Source: an uncultured Thioalkalispiraceae bacterium (GTDB taxonomy: Bacteria > Pseudomonadota > Gammaproteobacteria > UBA6429 > Thiohalophilaceae). Taken from it: DNA of 57,147 nt. Location of the stretch: positions 1 to 57,147 of the forward strand of contig CAZEZI010000001.1 of the NCBI GenBank assembly GCA_964516315.1. The letters run 5' to 3'. Position numbers and translations under genes: made by a program. This document shows positions 51,342 to 57,147 of the stretch, one piece after another; position 1 is the first letter of the stretch, and each line of letters starts with the position of its first letter. A model generated the notes under the pieces. It worked only from the letters and a program-made list of their open reading frames with translations, did no database searches and was not told the DNA's origin.

Positions 51342-53909
51342 ATGTCTAAGAAAAAAAATATTGATCCACACGCGGAGCGTGAAGCCCGAAAATACGCACA
51401 ACCCATTGCCAGCCGTGAGCTTATTATGGAATATCTTGAGTCGGTGGGGGCTCCTTTAAACCGCGACCAGATTGCAGCACATTTTGACCTTGTCGATGAT
51501 GACAACTATTTTGCCTTAAAAAAACGTTTACGCGCGATGGAGCGAGATGGGCAGATTATCTACACCCGCAAAGGCGGCTATGGTCTGGCGCATAAGATGG
51601 ACCTGGTGTGTGGTCGGGTGCAAGGGCATCCCGATGGCTTTGGGTTCCTGATCCCAGACGATAATAGCGACGATCTGTTTTTAGCGCCACGTGATATGCG
51701 CGAAGTTTTTCATGGTGATCGGGTTATGGCGCGGGTTGCTGGCGAAGATCGGCGTGGCCGTCGTATGGGGCGTATTGTTGAAGTGCTTGAACGCGCACAC
51801 GAATGCATGGTTGGGCGCTTCTTTGTGGAGCACGGTATTGCGTTTGTTGTCGTGGATAATAAACGCATTACTCAGGATATTATGGTTGCGGCTGAAGATT
51901 TTAATGGTGCAACGCACGGGCAAATTGTTTCACTGGAAATTATTCAGCAGCCCACCAAACGCCATCAGGCGCTGGGTCGGGTTAAAGAAGTTCTGGGCGA
52001 ACATATGGCGCCAGGGCTGGAAATTGATATTGCGATCCGTTCACATGACTTACCTCATCACTGGAATAAAAAGGTTATCGCTGAAGCTGAAAATTTGCCC
52101 GATGAAGTATTACCTGGTGAAATAGAAGGTCGCGTTGATATTCGTGACTTACCTTTAGTCACCATCGATGGTGAAGACGCTCGTGATTTTGATGATGCGG
52201 TTTACTGCGAACCGAACTCAAATGGCTGGCGCTTAATTGTTGCTATCGCTGATGTGTCTAGCTATGTTCAACCGGATGCACCTCTTGATTTAGAAGCACA
52301 AAATCGCGCAACTTCCGTTTATTTTCCTGAACGTGTTATTCCGATGTTACCCGAAGCCTTATCCAATGGCTTATGCTCACTTAACCCTAAAGTGAATCGC
52401 TTGTGTATGGTTTGTGATATGCAAATCAGCAAACAAGGGACCTTAAAAGATTATAAGTTTTATCAATCTGTTATGTATTCGTATGCACGCTTAACATATA
52501 CCCAGGTAGGCGCAATGCTTGAACAACAGGACAAAGCATTACGAACTGAACATAGTAAACTGCTGCCGCATTTAGAAAACCTTTATGCTATGTATAAAGC
52601 CATGCGTGCGCAACGCACCAAACGTGGTGCCATTGACTTTGAAACAACCGAAGTCAGAATTGTGTTTGGCAGTGAACGTAAGATAGACAAAATTGTTCCC
52701 GTTTACCGTAATGACGCACATAAAATAATTGAAGAATGTATGATTACCGCAAACGTTGCGACAGCACGTTTTTTATTAAAAAATAATATACCTGCTTTAT
52801 ACCGGATTCATGAAGGCCCTACCATTGAAAAACTGGAAGACTTGCGTAAGTTTTTATCCGAGTTTGGCTTACAAGTGCCAGGTGGTGAAAAGCCAACCGC
52901 AAAAGATTATGCACATCTGGTTAATCAGATAAAAGAGCGCCCGGATTTTAATTTAATTCAAACTGTTTTACTACGTAGCCTGCGTCAGGCGGTGTACAGT
53001 CCCGATAATATAGGCCATTTTGGTTTAGCCTATGATGCCTATGCGCATTTTACTTCACCTATTCGCCGCTATCCTGATTTACTCGTACATCGCGCCATTA
53101 AGCATGTATTAAGCAAGCAATCCGTTGCAAGCTATAAGTATGACCACAAAGATATGGTGCACTTTGGTGATATCTGCTCGCAAAATGAACGCCGTGCAGA
53201 CGAGGCCACACGTGATGTTAACGACTGGCTTAAATGCGAGTTTATGCTGGATAAAGTCGGCAATGAATACCCCGGTAAAATTACAACCGTGACCGGCTTT
53301 GGTTTGTTTGTTGAACTGAATGATATTTTTGTGGAAGGGCTGGTACATGTGACCAGTCTGGATAATGATTATTATCATTTTGATCCGGTTAAACATCGGC
53401 TCGTTGGTGAAAACAGCCATAAAATATATGGTTTGGGCAATGATATTACCATTCGTGTTGCACGCGTGGATCTTGATGAACGTAAAATTGATTTTGATCT
53501 GGTTTTAAGTAATACAGACAGAAAAGCTGCAGGTAAGCCAAAATCAAAAAGTAACAAACGCAAAGAGAATAAGTCTGGTAATAAAAAATCCGGGCGTAAA
53601 AAACCACGTCGTATATCTGCTGGTAACCCCTCTTCTGGAAAAAGAAATAAGCAAGCTGTGGCTGACAAGGATATTTCAAAGTCAGGTAATCAATCTGCTG
53701 GCAATAAAAAATCAAACAACAAAAAAACGACTAAAAAGAAAGTTGTAAAAAAAGCAGCATCAAAGAAAAAATCATCTAAAAAGAAAGTTGCAAAAAAGAA
53801 AATTGTGAAGAAAAAAACAGCCAAAAAGAAAGTGGCCAAAAAATCCACGGTGAAGAAAAAAGTTGCATCCAGAAAAAAGGTGGCTTCTAAAAAGAAAGCA
53901 AAGAAATGA
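51342..53909 (+). CDS. rnr: Ribonuclease R with an extended Lys-rich C-terminal tail
   Basis: An N-terminal HTH/cold-shock-like region, an RNB catalytic domain (…TIDGEDARDFDDAV…HFGL…YAHFTSPIRRYPDL…), an S1 domain, and a basic tail of about 130 aa. Confidence 0.95.
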   Translation: MSKKKNIDPHAEREARKYAQPIASRELIMEYLESVGAPLNRDQIAAHFDLVDDDNYFALKKRLRAMERDGQIIYTRKGGYGLAHKMDLVCGRVQGHPDGFGFLIPDDNSDDLFLAPRDMREVFHGDRVMARVAGEDRRGRRMGRIVEVLERAHECMVGRFFVEHGIAFVVVDNKRITQDIMVAAEDFNGATHGQIVSLEIIQQPTKRHQALGRVKEVLGEHMAPGLEIDIAIRSHDLPHHWNKKVIAEAENLPDEVLPGEIEGRVDIRDLPLVTIDGEDARDFDDAVYCEPNSNGWRLIVAIADVSSYVQPDAPLDLEAQNRATSVYFPERVIPMLPEALSNGLCSLNPKVNRLCMVCDMQISKQGTLKDYKFYQSVMYSYARLTYTQVGAMLEQQDKALRTEHSKLLPHLENLYAMYKAMRAQRTKRGAIDFETTEVRIVFGSERKIDKIVPVYRNDAHKIIEECMITANVATARFLLKNNIPALYRIHEGPTIEKLEDLRKFLSEFGLQVPGGEKPTAKDYAHLVNQIKERPDFNLIQTVLLRSLRQAVYSPDNIGHFGLAYDAYAHFTSPIRRYPDLLVHRAIKHVLSKQSVASYKYDHKDMVHFGDICSQNERRADEATRDVNDWLKCEFMLDKVGNEYPGKITTVTGFGLFVELNDIFVEGLVHVTSLDNDYYHFDPVKHRLVGENSHKIYGLGNDITIRVARVDLDERKIDFDLVLSNTDRKAAGKPKSKSNKRKENKSGNKKSGRKKPRRISAGNPSSGKRNKQAVADKDISKSGNQSAGNKKSNNKKTTKKKVVKKAASKKKSSKKKVAKKKIVKKKTAKKKVAKKSTVKKKVASRKKVASKKKAKK

Positions 53910-54643
53910 AAACGGATGATTTGATTTACGGCCTTCATGCTGTTCAGGCGGCACTGGAAAGTGACACAAATATTATAGAGTTATGGGTTGAACAGAAGCG
54001 CCACGATAAGCGTGTGGAAGATATTCTTGAACTGGCTAAACGAAAAGCAGTTCCTTGTGAACGGGTGACAGGTCATTTATTAAAAGAGTGGTTACCGGAT
54101 GCCCGTCATCAGGGTGTGGTTGCAAAACTGGCCAGTCTATCCATTAAAAATGAATCTGATTTAAATCGTTTGCTGGACTCACTCGAAGAGCCGCCTTTTA
54201 TTTTGCTATTAGATGGCGTAACCGATCCACACAACCTCGGGGCATGTATTCGTACTGCAGAAGCCGCAGGCGTTCACGCGATTATCGTGCCCAAAGACAA
54301 ATCCTGCGGAATGACGGCCACTGTGCGTAAGGTGGCATCGGGTGCTGCTGAGGTGCTACCTTTTGTTCAGGTGACTAATCTGAGCCGTTGCATCAAAGCT
54401 TTGCAAGAACGCGGTATCTGGTTTATTGGTACTGATTTGGCAACCGACACCAATTTGTACCAGCAAGATTTAACTGGCTCGCTGGCCATTGTGATGGGGG
54501 CGGAAGGCAAAGGTTTAAGGCGGCTAACCAAAGAACATTGCGATACGTTAGTGAAGTTACCTATGAACGGCACAGTAGAGAGTCTTAACGTGTCTGTTGC
54601 AACCGGTGTGGTGTTGTTTGAGGCGCTACGGCAGCGGTTGTAA
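53906..54643 (+). CDS. rlmB: 23S rRNA (guanosine-2'-O)-methyltransferase RlmB (SpoU/TrmH family)
   Basis: IYGLHAVQAALE N-terminus and SpoU motifs (LDGVTDPHNLGACIRTAEAAG, IVMGAEGKGLR, ESLNVSVATG). The ATG overlaps the rnr stop (ATGA). Confidence 0.9.
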   Translation: MKTDDLIYGLHAVQAALESDTNIIELWVEQKRHDKRVEDILELAKRKAVPCERVTGHLLKEWLPDARHQGVVAKLASLSIKNESDLNRLLDSLEEPPFILLLDGVTDPHNLGACIRTAEAAGVHAIIVPKDKSCGMTATVRKVASGAAEVLPFVQVTNLSRCIKALQERGIWFIGTDLATDTNLYQQDLTGSLAIVMGAEGKGLRRLTKEHCDTLVKLPMNGTVESLNVSVATGVVLFEALRQRL

Positions 54644-54931
54644 AGTGGCAACGATTCTGACACAAGGAAGCAATACAATCATAAATAGTGCGAAAGCCAC
54701 AAAGAAAAAATGTTGTGTTCTTCGTGTCCTTGGTGGTTAACATCTTAATCCATTGATTTATAAGCTTTTTATTTATAAGAGTAAACCCCACGATTCCCCC
54801 CTTTCGCATTGCAATTACCCTCTAATTTAAGTAAAATTCGCCGCCTTAAATATTTTTTTAAGTTCCTTGCTTCACCGACATGTCTTTGATTGGCACTGGG
54901 CGGGAAGCTACTTTAACCATGAGGAGCATTT

Positions 54932-55348
54932 ATGCGTCATTATGAAATCGTTTTTCTCGTTCACCCTGATCAGAGTGAACAAGTCCCTGCCATGGTCGAC
55001 AAATACAAGTCGGGCATTGAATCCAAGGGTGGTAAAATCCATCGTTATGAAGACTGGGGACGTCGTCTTTTAGCTTACCCTATTCAAAAGATTCACAAAG
55101 CACATTATATTCTTATGAATGTTGAATGTGATCAGGAATCGCTGGATGAATTAACAAATACATTCCGTTTTAATGATGCGGTTATTCGCCACATGGTTAT
55201 TCGCCGTAAAAAGGCCATTACTGAGCCTTCACTGATGGCAAAAAGAGATGAGCGTGATGATTCAGCTGCAAACAGAAAACCTGCGCCTGAAAAAGCACCT
55301 GAATCTGAACCCGCTTCAGATCAACCAAGTCCAGAAGCTGCCGCTTAA
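54932..55348 (+). CDS. rpsF: 30S ribosomal protein S6
   Basis: [22 protein letters not shown]…[12 protein letters not shown], the canonical S6 sequence. Confidence 0.95.
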   Translation: MRHYEIVFLVHPDQSEQVPAMVDKYKSGIESKGGKIHRYEDWGRRLLAYPIQKIHKAHYILMNVECDQESLDELTNTFRFNDAVIRHMVIRRKKAITEPSLMAKRDERDDSAANRKPAPEKAPESEPASDQPSPEAAA

Positions 55349-55372
55349 TTATTAAAGAGAAGGAATAAAATT

Positions 55373-55603
55373 ATGTCACGTTATTTTCGTCGTCGTAAAT
55401 TTTGTCGTTTTACTGCAGACAAAGTAGAAGAAATTGATTACAAAGACATTGCTACGTTAAAAGCCAATGTCACTGAAAGTGGGAAAATTGTACCCAGCCG
55501 TATTACCGGTACAAAAGCACGTTATCAGCGTCAGCTTTCAACTGCGGTTAAGCGTGCGCGTTATCTGGCACTTATCCCGTATACAGATTCGCATAGCCAG
55601 TAA
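55373..55603 (+). CDS. rpsR: 30S ribosomal protein S18
   Basis: [11 protein letters not shown]…IDYKD…LK…[22 protein letters not shown], the canonical S18 sequence. Confidence 0.95.
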   Translation: MSRYFRRRKFCRFTADKVEEIDYKDIATLKANVTESGKIVPSRITGTKARYQRQLSTAVKRARYLALIPYTDSHSQ

Positions 55604-55619
55604 CCATTAAGGTTTTTTT

Positions 55620-56528
55620 ATGCAGGCGATTGCAGCCTTTGTATTGCGTGGACGCAATCAAGCTATTTTAAGTACCGTTGGCTTTGCCGCGTTGGCGTTA
55701 ATGTTTACGCCACTGGGGCTATTCAGTGCAGCATCCATTGGTCTGGTTACCCTGGTGCACGGTGCAAAGCAGGGCTTCACGATTGTGGTTATTGCCTCTA
55801 TTTTTATGCTGGCGATTTCCAGTTTTACCGGCCAGGTGGCATTAGGCATTGAGTACGTTGTTTTTTACTGGTTACCTGTGTGGTTTCTGGCGCTATTACT
55901 GGCTCGTCAGGTTTCACTGTCACTGGTTGTGCTTTTTGCAGCGTTAATTGGACTGGTTGCGGCTGTCGTAATGGCAACACTTTATGTTACCTACGAAGCA
56001 CAGTGGAACAAGATTATTCTGGACAATTTATTGCCTGCTTTTAAAGACGCAAAAATGGATTTGTCTGAAGAAGAGCTGAAGACCTTTATACTTAACATCG
56101 GCAAGATGGTGGTTAATTATGGTGCAGCTTACTGGGTGTTAAGTATGTCTGCCAGTTTGTTTCTGGCGCGTTGGTGGCAAGCACTGCTTTTTCATCCCGG
56201 TGGGTTTGGAGAAGAGTTCAGAGAATTACGCTTTGGTGTGAGTGCGGCTATCGGTGCGATGTTGATAATTGCTGTTGCTATTGTTGTCAGTGATGGATTG
56301 CTTAACCAGATTCTTATGGGCAGTGTTGGCGTTGTAGTGCTGCTTTTTGTGTTACAGGGTTTGGCTATTGCACACACTGTTGCTGTTGCACGTAAGCTAA
56401 AAACAGTGTGGTTGTACCTGTTGTATTTATTAATGATAGTGTTAATGCCATATGAATTGTTTTTAATCGCCTTTATTGGTCTAAGTGACAATTGGGCAAA
56501 TTACCGGGCACGTATAAAGCCGGTGTAA
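55620..56528 (+). CDS. Polytopic membrane protein (DUF2232/YybS-like) between rpsR and rplI
   Basis: Eight or more hydrophobic helices. This position is conserved in several gammaproteobacteria, which carry a membrane protein here. Confidence 0.6.
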   Translation: MQAIAAFVLRGRNQAILSTVGFAALALMFTPLGLFSAASIGLVTLVHGAKQGFTIVVIASIFMLAISSFTGQVALGIEYVVFYWLPVWFLALLLARQVSLSLVVLFAALIGLVAAVVMATLYVTYEAQWNKIILDNLLPAFKDAKMDLSEEELKTFILNIGKMVVNYGAAYWVLSMSASLFLARWWQALLFHPGGFGEEFRELRFGVSAAIGAMLIIAVAIVVSDGLLNQILMGSVGVVVLLFVLQGLAIAHTVAVARKLKTVWLYLLYLLMIVLMPYELFLIAFIGLSDNWANYRARIKPV

Positions 56529-56582
56529 AATGAGTTTAAATGAGGCCATTGAAGTGGCTGTATTGATTAGAGGTAAACAAAG

Positions 56583-57032
56583 ATGGAAGTAATTTTATTA
56601 GAAAAAGTGGCTAACCTGGGTAACCTGGGTGACAAAGTGAATGTTCGTCCTGGTTATGGTCGTAATTTCCTGGTGCCTAAGAAAAAAGCCGTTCCGGCAA
56701 CCAAAGAAAACCTCGCTATGTTTGAAGAACGTCGTGCAGAGTTAGAAAAAGCCGCAGCAGAAGCATTAGCTACAGCTCAGGCGCGTGCAGAACAAATCGC
56801 AGTACTGACTTCAATTACAATTACAGCCAATGCCAGTGACGAAGGCAAGTTATTTGGTTCGGTTGCAGTGAGCGATATTGCTAAAGCGGTAACCGATGCA
56901 GGTGTTGAAATCTTTAAACAGGAAGTAAACATGCCAGAAGGCCCTATTCATGCAATTGGTGAATACGAGATTGCTATTCGTGTGCATTCTGACGTTGCAC
57001 AAAATGTAACGATTGTTGTTGAAGCAGAATAA
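56583..57032 (+). CDS. rplI: 50S ribosomal protein L9
   Basis: [37 protein letters not shown], the canonical L9 N-terminus. Confidence 0.95.
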   Translation: MEVILLEKVANLGNLGDKVNVRPGYGRNFLVPKKKAVPATKENLAMFEERRAELEKAAAEALATAQARAEQIAVLTSITITANASDEGKLFGSVAVSDIAKAVTDAGVEIFKQEVNMPEGPIHAIGEYEIAIRVHSDVAQNVTIVVEAE

Positions 57033-57093
57033 ATCAACACCTTAACAAATAAAGCTGATTTGCTATCTAAAAGTTCTTTCTAAACCTACTTTA

Positions 57094-57130
57094 TAACCCG
57101 GCATATTCCGTGCCGGGTTATGTTTGTTTA
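57094..57130 (+). terminator. Rho-independent terminator of the rpsF-rplI operon
   Basis: TAACCCGGCA (57094-57103) pairs perfectly with TGCCGGGTTA (57111-57120) around a 7-nt loop, followed by TGTTTGTTT. Confidence 0.8.
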
Positions 57131-57147
57131 TCACCAAGTACTAATTC

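Noticed and set aside
53690-53969. Minus-strand ORFs (82 and 65 aa, Phe-rich) and apparent tandem DNA repeats at the rnr 3' end
   Set aside because: They are the antisense (TTT/CTT) image of the Lys-rich RNase R tail. The repeats are coding low complexity, not a separate repeat element.
1-57147. CRISPR arrays, rRNA genes, and integrase, transposase, phage or plasmid genes
   Set aside because: I found no regularly spaced direct repeats, no rRNA-like segments, and no ORF with integrase, transposase, recombinase or phage structural signatures in any frame.

Overview
This 57.1-kb window is probably from an AT-rich gammaproteobacterium, judging only from the rnr-rlmB / rpsF-rpsR-membrane protein-rplI synteny at the right end. 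It falls into three compositional blocks. My spot counts of single 60-nt lines gave 22/60 G+C at 9001, 32/60 at 20401 and 27/60 at 52201.

(1) Positions 1-15.6 kb are an AT-rich accessory arm. It carries a small tailoring cluster (ThDP enzyme, GT-A-like protein, sulfotransferase-like protein, SAM methyltransferase) and an HTH-REC response regulator with a large hybrid histidine kinase. It also carries a convergent signalling locus: a PilZ-like protein and a kinase-like/metallophosphoesterase fusion face an operon of an orphan 328-aa protein, a CvnD-type small GTPase and two Roadblock/LC7 proteins.

(2) Positions 15.7-50.3 kb are a visibly GC-richer block that ends next to the 3' end of tRNA-Leu(CAG). 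I saw no integrase or transposase in it.
- Glycogen mobilisation: glgP, glgX.
- A phosphoketolase/acetate kinase route: DUF360 protein-ackA-xfp-lpd-class I aldolase.
- 2-oxoacid dehydrogenase E1 alpha/beta with an AhpD-like protein but no E2.
- ppsA, eno and gpmA.
- Stress and envelope proteins: Hsp20, two YflT-like paralogues, a 6x BON protein, a SlyB-like lipoprotein, DedA and cardiolipin synthase.
- A plant/fungal-type P3A H+-ATPase coupled to an orphan PstS-like protein.
- One Crp/Fnr-family regulator.

(3) Positions 50.3-57.1 kb hold a decayed junction region, the tRNA, and the housekeeping genes rnr, rlmB, rpsF, rpsR and rplI.

Two findings stand out. First, a recurring oriented about 19-nt cis-element (TGTCAC-N4/5-GTTGCATCC, with palindromic TGTCAC-N4-GTGACA variants) sits upstream of most transcription units of the GC-rich block. 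That suggests one regulon, possibly run by the in-block Crp/Fnr regulator, whose recognition helix carries R-Q...R. Second, the conservon-like GTPase/Roadblock module and its convergent PilZ-like and kinase-like/phosphoesterase partners are the most likely previously undescribed system. All functional calls rest on motif and family recognition by eye; no database search was run.
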